Positions 21,857 to 32,259 of a stretch of DNA of 64,000 bases are shown here, one piece after another. The stretch lies in the NCBI GenBank assembly GCA_963844715.1, contig CAWJPJ010000008.1, positions 352,001 through 416,000 of the forward strand, written 5' to 3'. Source of the stretch: an uncultured Phycisphaerales bacterium (GTDB lineage Bacteria > Planctomycetota > Phycisphaerae > Tepidisphaerales > Tepidisphaeraceae). Below the pieces are notes generated by a model, which saw only the letters and a list, made by a program, of their open reading frames with translations, had not been told where the DNA came from and made no database searches. The stretch's first letter is position 1. Each line of letters begins with the position of its first letter. The translations under genes and the position numbers were made by a program.

Positions 21857-23390
21857 ATGGCGAATCAGCTCAAAATGGCGGAAGTTCAAGCAATTCTTTC
21901 ACTTGCACGCAATGGTTGGTCCAACCGGCACATCGCCCGCCAGCTTGGCGTTCACCGCGAGACGGTTGGACGCCATCTCCGGCTGGCGGCGCGGGAAGAT
22001 TCAAAACCGGCCAGCGCACCCCTCGGCTCGGAGGGCGCGCCCACCGGGTTGGTCAGCGCCGCCAGCGCCTGGCGTGAAGTGATCGTTCAGAAGCTGGGCA
22101 TGGGGCTGACCGCCCAGCGGATTTACCAGGACCTCTGCTCCGATCACGGTTATGCCGGCAGCTATTACAGTGTTCGCCGGCTGGTTGGGAAGTTGACCTC
22201 GGCGGCGCCAACGCCATTCCGGCGGATGGAGTGCGAGCCGGGCGCCGAGGCCCAGGTCGATTTTGGACGGGGCGCCGCCCATCGTCGGTTCCGACGGCAA
22301 GAGGAGAAGCACCTGGGTCTTCCGCATCGTGCTGAGCCACAGCCGCAAGGGGTACGCCGAGGCGGTGCACCGTCAGACCACCGATGACTTTCTGCGTTGC
22401 CTGGAGAATGCGTTCGCGCACTTCGGCGGATTGCCGCGGACGCTGGTGATCGACAATCTTCGGGCGGCGGTGAAGCGGGCGGACTGGTTCGACCCGGAGT
22501 TGTGTCCCAAGGTCCGCTCGTTTGCCGAGCATTACGGAATCGCCATTCTGCCGACCAAGCCCTACACGCCCCGGCACAAGGGGAAGATCGAACGGGGCAT
22601 CGGCTATGTGAAGGGCAACGCCCTCAAGGGACGGACCTTCAGTTCTCTGGCCGATCAGAACCAGCATCTTCAGGCCTGGGAAGCGACCGTCGCCGATACG
22701 CGCATCCATGGAACGACGCGCCGGCAGGTGAAGGAAGTGTTCCAGCAGGCGGAGCAGCCGGCGCTCTTGCCGTTGCCGGCGGCGAGATTCGATCTGTTTG
22801 CCGAAGCGTTGCGCAGCGTCAGCCGGGACGGACACGTGCAGGTCAAAGGCGCGTATTACTCGGTCCCACCGGAGTTTTTGGGCCGGCAGCTTTGGGCGCG
22901 CTGGGATGGGCGCCTGATCCGCTTGCTGGATCAGAAGATGCGCCCCGTCGCGGTGCACGTGCAGCGTCCGCCGGGGACCTTCTCCACGCTGGATGCCCAT
23001 ATCCTGCCGGAGAAGATCAGCGGGATCGAAAAAGGAACGGCCTGGCTCCTGCGCCGGGTCGAATCCATCGGACCGCACGCCACGCAGTGGGCGCGGTCCA
23101 TGCTCCAGAATCGCGGCATCGAGGGCGTGCGCGTGCTCCTGGGCCTTATGTCCCTGACGAACAAGCATTCCCGCCGCGTCATCGAGCAGGCCTGCCAAGT
23201 CGCCCAGGGGCATGGGGCGTATCACCTCCGTTCATTGCGCCAACTCCTCGAACAACAGAATCCGCCCGCCCTTCAGCGGAACTTCGAGTTCGTCCAAGAA
23301 CATCCGATCATCCGCGACCTGGGCGACTACGGCCGATTCGTGCGACAGGCCATTACCCAACAACCACCTTCACAGGAGTCCATTCCATGA
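21857..23390 (+). CDS. istA: IS21 transposase, one frameshift near 22270
   Basis: HTH IARQLGVHRETV, EAQVDF, VIDN and KGKIER DDE-type motifs. Confidence 0.9.
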
Positions 23391-24268
23391 GACCTTCATT
23401 GTTACAGACGCTCAAACAGCTTCGGCTTTCGGGCCTGGCCCAGAGCCTTGAAGTCCGATTGAGCGAGGCGGCTGGCAATCGGCTCGATCACGCCGAGTTT
23501 TTGGAACTGATTCTCCAGGACGAACTGAACGTGCGGTCCAGCCGATTGGTGAGCCGCCGCGTCAAGGCCGCCCTGTTCGGCGAAGTCAAAAACCTCGACG
23601 AGTTCGACTTCTCCTTCAATCCCTCCATCAAACGCAAGCAGATCCACGACCTGGCCGGCTGTCAGTTCATCCGCGAAAAAGCCGACGTGCTTCTATTGGG
23701 CCCACCCGGCGTCGGCAAAACGTTCCTGGTCCAGGCCATCGGGCATCAGGCGATCAAAGCCGGACACCTGGTTCTGTACCGCTCCATCTTCGATCTGGCC
23801 CGCGACTTCCTCGGCGACGACGAACTCGGCCAGCAGGACAAAACGCTGAATCGTTATCTCAAACCCGACCTGCTCATCATCGACGACATGGGAATGCGAC
23901 AACTTCCGCGTCGCTCCGGCGAATGCCTGCTGGAGATCATCATGCGCCGCCATGAGAACCGCTCGACGATGATGACCAGCAACCGGCCGCTGGAAGACTG
24001 GGCCAAGCTGATCGGCGACGTCCCGGCGGCCACGGCGATCCTCGACCGCTTCCTTCAGCACGCCACCCTCCTCAACATCACCGGCAAAAGTTATCGTTTG
24101 CGCCACGGCGGCGCCGGGGAGGCCGTGGAGGCGAAGCCTTCCACAAAGGCAAATTCAAAAGGACGGCGGAGTACCGCCGACGATGGAGGGTGCTCCCCTC
24201 CGGAAGACACCGTGGCAGAAAGCACGGTCTCTTCTTGTGCTGGGGCGCCCGCCGATCAGGCGTCCTGA
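23387..24268 (+). CDS. istB: IS21 helper AAA+ ATPase
   Basis: GPPGVGKT, LLIIDDMG, TSN and AILDR; ATGA overlap with istA. Confidence 0.93.
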   Translation: MRPSLLQTLKQLRLSGLAQSLEVRLSEAAGNRLDHAEFLELILQDELNVRSSRLVSRRVKAALFGEVKNLDEFDFSFNPSIKRKQIHDLAGCQFIREKADVLLLGPPGVGKTFLVQAIGHQAIKAGHLVLYRSIFDLARDFLGDDELGQQDKTLNRYLKPDLLIIDDMGMRQLPRRSGECLLEIIMRRHENRSTMMTSNRPLEDWAKLIGDVPAATAILDRFLQHATLLNITGKSYRLRHGGAGEAVEAKPSTKANSKGRRSTADDGGCSPPEDTVAESTVSSCAGAPADQAS

Positions 24269-27147
24269 TGCGCGGCTGATAACTCAACAGAAAGTTGCAT
24301 GGAACTGAACGGATGAGGTATACGAAGCGTCACAATACTGGCCGCTTTTGAGCGCCCATTGATGGCCGGTTTTGGCGCGCCCCGCGACAGCCGACAACAC
24401 TTCCGAGACCGAGGCGGGCGGCATCCAGGCGCAGGACAACTGCACCATCGAGGGCTCGACCCTCTACGGAAATTCGGCCGTAGATGGCGGGGGCGGAATC
24501 GATTTTGGGGGCGGCACGTTGTCCGTCATCAACTGCACTATCACCGGCAATTCGGCCCTCACGGGCGGCGGAATTTGGGCAGGCGGTACGGACCTTGCGA
24601 TTACCGACTCGACGATCTCCGGCAATACCTCGACCACGCAGGGAGGTGGGTTTAGTTTCGATTCCGATGACGTGTACGGACACGAGATGGACTACGTGCC
24701 GCCGCCGACGATCAACGGGACGATCGTTTCCGGGAACAGGGGTGGCGACTTTTATGGCACCCTTTACACGGCGGGCGATGATGTCTTCACCGGCGCGAAT
24801 AACCTCATCGGCGGGAATGCGCTGCTGGCAGGCATGGGCGCCTATGGGACTTTAATCAAAGCGGGTTCGAGCGTCGGCGGATCAACGCCTCAATACGTTG
24901 AAACGATGGCGTTACTGCCGGGGTCGCCGGCGCTGGACTCCGGCGTCGGCGAGGACGATCAGAGTGGGAATCCGATTACCGTCGACGAGCGCGGCATCAG
25001 CCGCGATCCCGCTGAGGGATCATTCGACATCGGAGCGTTTCAGAGCCTTGGGTTCAACGTCACCATCACCGCGGGGAACAATCAAAGCGCGGCCGTCAAT
25101 ACGCCATTCTCCACCGCTCTGGGGGTCCACGTTACGGCCAACGATTCCGGACTGACCGATCTGAGCGGCGGTATCGTGACCTTCATTGCTCCTTCGACGA
25201 GCGCAACGGCGGTTCTGGGGACCGATCAACTCATCTCCGATCCGGTGACGCTCACCAGCGGCGGGACTGCTACCAGCGACACCCCCACGGCCGACGATGT
25301 GACCGGAACCTACAACGTGATGGCGTCGGCTACGCCTTATGCGACTTCATCGTTCACGAATTTTTCGCTGACGAACGGCGGCAGTCCGGCTTCGGGATTG
25401 CCGACGCTTTCTATCACTGGGCCGACGACGGCAACGGGTGGGCTTTCCTACACGCTGACTCTTAACACCAGCGATGCCACGCAAAACATTCCGCTGACGT
25501 GGACGATCCAATGGGGGGACGGGCAGGTGAGCACCGTCACGCAGAATAATGACGCTCTCACATCGGTGACGCTTACAGACGGATTTGCGACGGCGCCGGG
25601 GAATTTTACAATCTTTGCCACGGCGACAGATTCAAGCGGGAATATTTATGTGGCGGGGACTTGGCAGGTGAACGAGGACGAGGAGGGGCCGGTCCCCCCG
25701 GGGCCCGTCCCTCCCGGGCCGGTGCAGGCACAGGCGATGTCTAGCGATCTCGTTGATCTGAGTTGGAACCCTGTGGCCGGCGCCCAGTACTACGAGGTAT
25801 TTCGCGGAACGACGGCGAATTTTGCGCCGACATACAGCACGTCGATCGCTGACGACCTAGGGTCAAACTCATATCAGGATGAGGAGGTCTCCGCCGGTGA
25901 TACTTACTACTATGTAGTCGCCGTCTATAGCGGAGGAGACGCGCTTGCGGTTGTTGGTAGGAGCGCCGTTTCGATACCAGACGAAGTCGATACGACGGAG
26001 CAACTCCTTGCGCCAGCAAGCGTTGAAGCCGTCGGTGTAAACGACTTAGAGATCTTCGTCTCTTGGGCGGACGTGCAAACAGAGATGAGTGGATTTGAAA
26101 TATTTATCGGGACCAGCGCGTCTCAGGGTTATCTTGCCGGCGAGGTTGGCCCGGCACAGCACAATTTTATCATACGAGGTTGCGGTCAAAATGCAGCCCA
26201 GTTCTTGCAAGAGGACGTAACTTACTATATCGATGTTGCCGCCATTCTGACGAATTCCCAAGGCTACATAACAGGCTCGGGTTATGCCAGTAGCACCGTG
26301 GAGGCTTCCGTTAGGCCGCCCAGTCCCTTTATCGCGGGCGGTGATGATGTGATCGTTATAAGCGGCGGCGCTCGCCAGCCAATGAGTTATCTCCTCAATG
26401 GAATCACCGTGGACACCTCCAATTCCGGCCGGGTCCTTACTGGGCAATCCAATCAAAACAGTGTCGGCGAGATTTGGGCCGATCTTGTCAATCTGGGATA
26501 CAACGTTTACATTTCATCCGATCCGTGGGACGGCGGTGACACAACTTGGACTGAAACGGACTACGAGACTCTTCAATCCGGTGCGACCATTGGACCAGTT
26601 TTAAATTCCGATGGATCAGGACGCCTATATGACGAAATACAGTATGAGCTCCACCAGGGCTTTATGAACGTGGGCTTGATCGGCTATAGCCATGGGGGCG
26701 GAATGATCGCGAAGATATCGACCGACCTCTGGTATGATCCTAACACTCCTCAATGGGCAAGGGTGGTTTTTGCGGGCACGATCGATGCGGTATGGTATGG
26801 AACGGGATTCATGGGCGGACTTGGTAGTAGTTTGAACCCGAACGAGGGAATGGACCCCCTCGCCTGGTCGCCTGCATTAAGTGACGGTTTTAACCCGATT
26901 TGGGGTGGCATAGCATTCAACTATTATGAGACGGCGGGATCCCTGGGAGTCTCCGGTTATTTTGGGCTCATATGTGGTACGACTATGCCGGGGGCATTCA
27001 ACTTGCAGGTCGCCGGAAACCATTCCACTATCGGAGTCGATCAAGCCGTATTGGGCGCAATCGAAACTGATACAAATTTTGTCTTCGGTCAGCTATCGTA
27101 TTAATTAGTTGGGCAATTTATCGCTAAACCAGCAGTTCGATGCGTAA

Positions 27148-27543
27148 ATGTCAAGGCAGAACCATCAATCATCGGGAGGGCGCGCCTCCGATGATGCGGG
27201 CAAACTTGATTATGCTAGCGGCGGGCGCGCAAACCGAGCGTTCGCGTGGGACTTAGTGTCCTTAATTGCGGGGCTGGCGCAAGTTCCTTGGGTATTGATT
27301 TGTATGCTTACCTCTTGGAGTCTCGGGTTGGACCGCTTACCGGGTAACTGGGGGGCTAGAGTTCTACTTGTGAGCATGGGCATCCCGACGGTCGTCGGGA
27401 TATTCTGCGGGCATCGCTCGATGAAAACATGGAGGCGGTCGGGACCGAACTTGCTGGGTGTAGGAGGACTTGTTCTTTCCGTTCTGGGCGCTTTATGGCT
27501 GCTATATGTGGTTGCCAGGGCTTTGATAGCGGGTGCGATATGA
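27148..27543 (+). CDS. Small multi-TM protein, candidate immunity protein for cassette A
   Basis: LDYA and QVPW motifs shared with three paralogues; directly follows the tip. Confidence 0.65.
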   Translation: MSRQNHQSSGGRASDDAGKLDYASGGRANRAFAWDLVSLIAGLAQVPWVLICMLTSWSLGLDRLPGNWGARVLLVSMGIPTVVGIFCGHRSMKTWRRSGPNLLGVGGLVLSVLGALWLLYVVARALIAGAI

Positions 27544-27571
27544 TGGGAGGGGGAAATCTAGGGACAGGCAC

Positions 27572-27710
27572 GAACGCCATTCGATTAAGCATAACGCTCG
27601 CGGTGCTTTGCCTTTAGGTTCTGTCTTGGTTCTTTGAGCAGGTCGTATTCCTTGATTCGCCGTTTCAGTTTTCGCGGCTCCCAACGGTCCGGACGATCGG
27701 GATTGACCAT
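27572..27710 (-). mobile_element. IS4-family right-end remnant, copy 1
   Basis: Minus strand reads VNPDRPDRWEPRKLKRRIKEYDLLKEPRQNLKAKHRERYA*, resembling IS4 transposase C-termini, and runs into ttaatcgaatggcgtt (IS4-like terminal repeat). Confidence 0.6.
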
Positions 27711-30205
27711 CCGACTCGACGATCTCCGGCAACACCGCGACGGGCGGGACCGGAGGGGGCTTTAGTTTCAACGCGGGCTACAATTATGTCACCCTCACGG
27801 GCAGTCCGCCGCCGACGATCAACGGGACGATCGTTTCCGGGAATACCGGCGGTGATTTTTATGGCACGCAATACACTGCCGGCGACGATGTCTTCAACGG
27901 AACCAATAACCTCATCGGCGGAAATGCGCTGCTGGCGGGGCTTGGAGCTTACGGGACGACGGTAATGGCGGGAGCCACGCTGGGGGTGGCGACTCCAGTG
28001 ACCGTGGACACGATGGCGCTGCTGCCGGGGTCGCCGGCGCTGGACGCCGGAGCCAATACCTTCGACGATCAGAAGGGCAACCCAGTTCTCAGTGACCAGC
28101 GCGGGATCAGCCGCGATCCCGCTGAGGGATCATCCGACATTGGAGCGTTCCAGAGCCAAGGGTTCAACGTCACGATTACCGCGGGGAACAATCAAAGTAC
28201 GACCGTCAATTCGCCATTCTCCACGGCTCTGGGGGTCCACGTTACGGCCAACGATTCCGGACTGACCAATCTGAGCGGCGGAATCGTGACGTTCATTGCT
28301 CCCTCGACGGGCGCGACCGCCGTGCTGGGGACCAATCAACTCATCTCTGATCCGGTTACCCTTAGCAGCGGGGGGACCGCCACCAGCGACACCTTCACGG
28401 CCGACGATGTGACTGGAACCTACAATGTGATGGCGTCGGCTACGCCTTATGCGACTTCATCGTTCGCGAATTTTGCGCTGACGAACGGCGGGACTCCCAC
28501 AGCGGGACTCCCGACGCTCTCCATCACCGGCGCGACGACGGCGACGGGCGGCCTTTCCTACACGCTGACTCTTAACACCAGCGATGCCACGCAAAACATT
28601 CCGCTGACCTGGACGATCCAATGGGGGGACGCGCAGGTCAGCACGGCCACGCAGAATAATGACGCTCTCACAACGGTAACGCTGACCGACGGATTCGCGA
28701 CGGCCCCGGAGAATTTTACGATCTTTGCCACGGCCACGGACGGGAACGGGAATATTTACGTTGCTGGCACTTGGCAGGTGAACGAGGACGACGAGGAAGT
28801 GCGTCTCCCTCCTGGGCCGGTGCAGGCAGAGGCGATGTCCACGGATTTGGTCGATCTAACTTGGAACGCCGTGGCAGGAGCGCAGTACTACGAAGTTTTC
28901 CGCGGTAACAGCCCTAACTTTACACCATCATACAATAATGACGTATCTAACGCCGTCATCGCGCCCTCTTTTGCGGATAGCAACCTTTCGGCGGGTACGA
29001 CTTATGATTACAAGGTATACGCAATTGACGCTTCAGGAGCTGCGGGCCTTGTCGGCGCGAGTTCTGCGGCGACGCCTTTATTCGATGCCCCAATTGATCC
29101 CGGCTCGGGCGCAGACTCAACCCCGTCCGGAGCACCCGTCGACATTCAGGCGATGGGAGTTAATGACTTGGAGATATTCGTTTCGTGGACCTGCACAGCT
29201 CGAAATATAGATGGCTTCCAAATACAAATTTCGACCGACCAGGTCAATTGGGGAGACGCCGGCGACGTGCCTGCATTCTACACCGACCTAACAGCTTCGT
29301 CTGCGTCGTACATCCAAAACTACGTTGTCCGGACCGGACCAAACGGCAGTGACCTTCTACAGGAAGGCCAGAAATACTACATTCGCGTAAGATCATATAA
29401 TAGCGGGTATCAGAGTGCCTGGGATTATTCTTCTGGACCAGCTGAAGTCGTCACCCCGAGTGTGGACGTCGGCGCGGGCATGGATACCGTCTTAGTTTTT
29501 GGCGGCAACGACGAGCCAATGACCAGACTTCTACAGGGGGTCAGCGTCGGGTTGGGCGGGGTTCTGCAGGGCGCGAACCCGGCATTGGACGGGGTTGGGG
29601 CCGTCTGGGTTCACGACGTAAACGAGGGCTATAATGCATTTCTCACGGCAGATCCGCACGATGGCGGAGCGCCTAGCGGCTATGGCGGCATGCCACCACC
29701 AGGCGCCGTGCCAGCTTATGAAGACATAATCAATAATAACGGCACCGGCCTACTCTACACTGAACTGCAAACCGAACTTAACCGAGGCTATTACGATCTG
29801 GGGTTGATCGGATACAGTCACGGAGTGGGGATCATGGGGAATATGATGTTGACCTTGGTTAACGATCCGGCGACGCCGTTTTTTACGACCGGCGTTTTCG
29901 TGGGCACAATCGATGGGGTTGAATACGGCGCAGGACCGGATTCGAGCGGGACCTGGCTAACGCCGAGGGACGGGTGGTATATAGGCCCCGATGCACCAGT
30001 TGTCGTATCTCCCGCCGCGCTTTGGCCAACAACGTGCACCGGTGTGAATTATTGGGAGCCCAATTGGTATGATGGTATTGTAGGAGGCTCCAACATGTTG
30101 AGTGCAACGAATTACGAGATCGACTTCCTCACCCACAGCAACATCGATAATTCGAGCGGTGTCCTGAGTGGCATTGAGAATGCCATGGATAGCGCTTTTA
30201 ACTAG
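27711..30205 (+). pseudogene. Orphan C-terminal cassette B, hydrolase tip GYSHGVG
   Basis: Starts abruptly at ccgactcgacgatctccggcaac (= main gene 18405) just after an in-frame TGA. First ATG at 27965 is internal. Motifs TIDGV and THSNI. Confidence 0.78.
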
Positions 30206-31090
30206 GGCCTGTCTGATGAATCCAAAATCCTGAAATAGCGACGGATCATGGCGAGCTTGGCCATGGCCTGAAAGTTCACCGCCAGTTTCTCGTAACGCGT
30301 GCCCAGGCGGCGATTCTCCTTCATCCAATTCACGCAACGCTCCACCACGTTCCGTCGGCGATACGCCTTGCGATCAAAGTTCTCCTGCGGCGGCTGATTC
30401 GATTTCGCCGGGATCACCGCTTGGATTCGGTGGCGACGCAGCCATCGCCGCACATTTCCGTAACTGTATCCCTTGTCGCCCGCCAGCCTCCTGGGGCGAC
30501 GACGGCGGCGACCGATGCGCATCGCGTTCATCACCGGCTCCACGTACCGGCTCTCGTGGCATTGGCCGGCGCTGGCCTCGACGGCGAGCGGAACTCCCTG
30601 GCCGTCAGTAACCAGGTGGAGCTTGCTGCCCCACCCGCCTCGGCTGCGGCCCAACGCGTGATCCGCCGGTTCTTCCGGGGCGGTTTTGATTTTCTGGCTC
30701 CGGCGGCGGATCGACTGGCTCGCACATTGGTGCCGTCGATGCACCACAGGTCCCAGTCGATTCGTCCTTGCTTGTCCAACCTCATCTGCAGCCGCTGGAG
30801 GATTCGATCAATCGTTCCGTCCTTTCTCCAGCGGTTGAAGCGGTCGTAGACGCTTTGCCATCTGCCGTAACGTTCGGGCATCTCGCGCCATTCAGCGCCC
30901 GAGTGCAGAATCCAGAACATGCCGTTGAGCGTGGTGCGGTGGTCGTTCCACTGCCCGCCGCGCTTGCCGTTGCCGGGCAGCAGATCGCCGATCAACTCGT
31001 ACTGCTCATCCGTGAGCTCATAACGTCGCATCCGTGACACCTCGTCTGAAAACCGCTATTTATAACCAAAAGCGATTCATCAGACAGGCC
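30206..31090 (-). mobile_element. IS5-family element (IS427/IS1031-like) with split transposase
   Basis: Perfect inverted ends ggcctgtctgatgaatc flanked by CTAG on both sides. orfA MRRYELTD...W (start ~31031) and orfB ALGRSRGG...GDKGY...RNVVER in a shifted frame ending at 30202. Confidence 0.92.
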
Positions 31091-31145
31091 CTAGTGGGTG
31101 CCATACTTTTTTCACAGTAGTGTGATATGTATGGTGGCGGGCGTT

Positions 31146-31529
31146 ATGAGTGGCGAACCGAAAAATAAAACCGACCCCGAAGCAACGCCCCTGGAGTACG
31201 TCACCCCTGGTACCGAAACCGAAGGCGCCCGGCCATACGAGACCGTGGGGATCATAGCGGGAATCTTGTCCGCCGCGGCAATGGTTATTCAGCTTCCGTG
31301 GGGGTATCTCGCTTTCATGTCTGCGTGGGACCGCGCCAAAGAATTGCCATCTAGCCAGGCGATGGCGGTCCAGTGGATCATGATAATGCTTCCGACGGTC
31401 ATTGCGCTGCCATTGGGAGTCGCATCTATAACACTGGGCGGACTCTCCGAGCGAAACGCTCTTGGGCTGATGGGGCTGATTTTTGCCGCGTTGGCCGCGG
31501 GAGCGGTCCTATGGCATTTTTTCCTCTAA
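31146..31529 (+). CDS. Small multi-TM protein, candidate immunity protein for cassette B
   Basis: LEYV and QLPW motifs; three hydrophobic segments. Confidence 0.65.
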   Translation: MSGEPKNKTDPEATPLEYVTPGTETEGARPYETVGIIAGILSAAAMVIQLPWGYLAFMSAWDRAKELPSSQAMAVQWIMIMLPTVIALPLGVASITLGGLSERNALGLMGLIFAALAAGAVLWHFFL

Positions 31530-31669
31530 GAACGAATTAAAGAACGAATTTGAGGAATCTAGGGACCGCCACCACCTACTTATTGTTGCCTTTGGAATTG
31601 GCGATGGGGATGATTGGGGCATGCCGCGTGTGCCTCGGATTGTGCTTCCTGATAAGGGCATGGAAATGC

Positions 31670-32057
31670 ATGAAAGCCCGAAGGCCCCTTGATTACGCCG
31701 GGCCGAGTGGTGCGAAGCCGAAAGCTGCGGCGACCCACGGTGGAGACGGCCGCACGCCGATCCTCCCCTATCTTCCAATGATTTTCGCAATTTTGCAGCT
31801 GCCATGCACCATGTTTTTCGGCGGTGTGTTGTTTCTCCTGTGTAACTATATCGGCCCGATCCAGTTTCTTGACTCGCTTACGCCAAGAGGCGTCGTGTGG
31901 GTTTCACTTTTGCCGTCGGGCGGCGGGGGTTTTACTCGGTGCTTTTGTGATGTTTTGTCTTAGGCCGATCAATCTCGTAGACCGGATCTTTGCGATGCTT
32001 GGTACCGTGGGATGTGTGGGCGCCATAATTTTGTTCGGGTGGATGTGGGGAAGGTGA
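31670..32057 (+). CDS. Second small multi-TM paralogue, frameshift near 31925
   Basis: LDYA and QLPC motifs; C-terminal TM segments continue in frame 31824-32057. Confidence 0.55.
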
Positions 32058-32122
32058 GACTTTCCATTGGCGAGGCAATTAAAGAGGACGCGGTTCGCTT
32101 TTAGGAATCTAGGGACAGTCAC

Positions 32123-32259
32123 GAACGCCGTTCGTTTAAGCATAACGCGCGGTGCTTTGCCTTTAGGTTCTGTCTTGGTACTTTGAGCAGATCGTATCCC
32201 TTGATGCGTCGTTTCAGCTTTCGCGGCTCCCAGCGGTCCGGACGATCGGGATTGACCAG
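32123..32259 (-). mobile_element. IS4-family right-end remnant, copy 2
   Basis: Diverged duplicate of 27572-27710 with the same junction to the cassette. Confidence 0.6.

Larger units (their letters stand above)
21740..24389 (+). mobile_element. IS21-family insertion sequence (2,650 bp)
   Basis: TGTC...GACA ends, inverted termini with reiterated aaaaccggcca-like boxes, 6-bp target duplication GCCGAC at 21734-21739 and 24390-24395, istA and istB. Confidence 0.95.
21300..27104 (+). pseudogene. Orphan C-terminal cassette A (no N-terminus, interrupted by IS21); beta-helix, anchor, PKD-like, two Fn3, hydrolase tip GYSHGGG
   Basis: Begins mid-repeat (GYGGAVYAA, homologous to the main gene near 17815). 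Removing the IS21 fuses ENSIIAD with NTSETEAGG in frame. Confidence 0.75.

Noticed and set aside
22397..23386. Long N-terminal extension of the 623-aa ORF containing istB
   Set aside because: Overlaps istA out of frame; the real start is the ATGA overlap at 23387.
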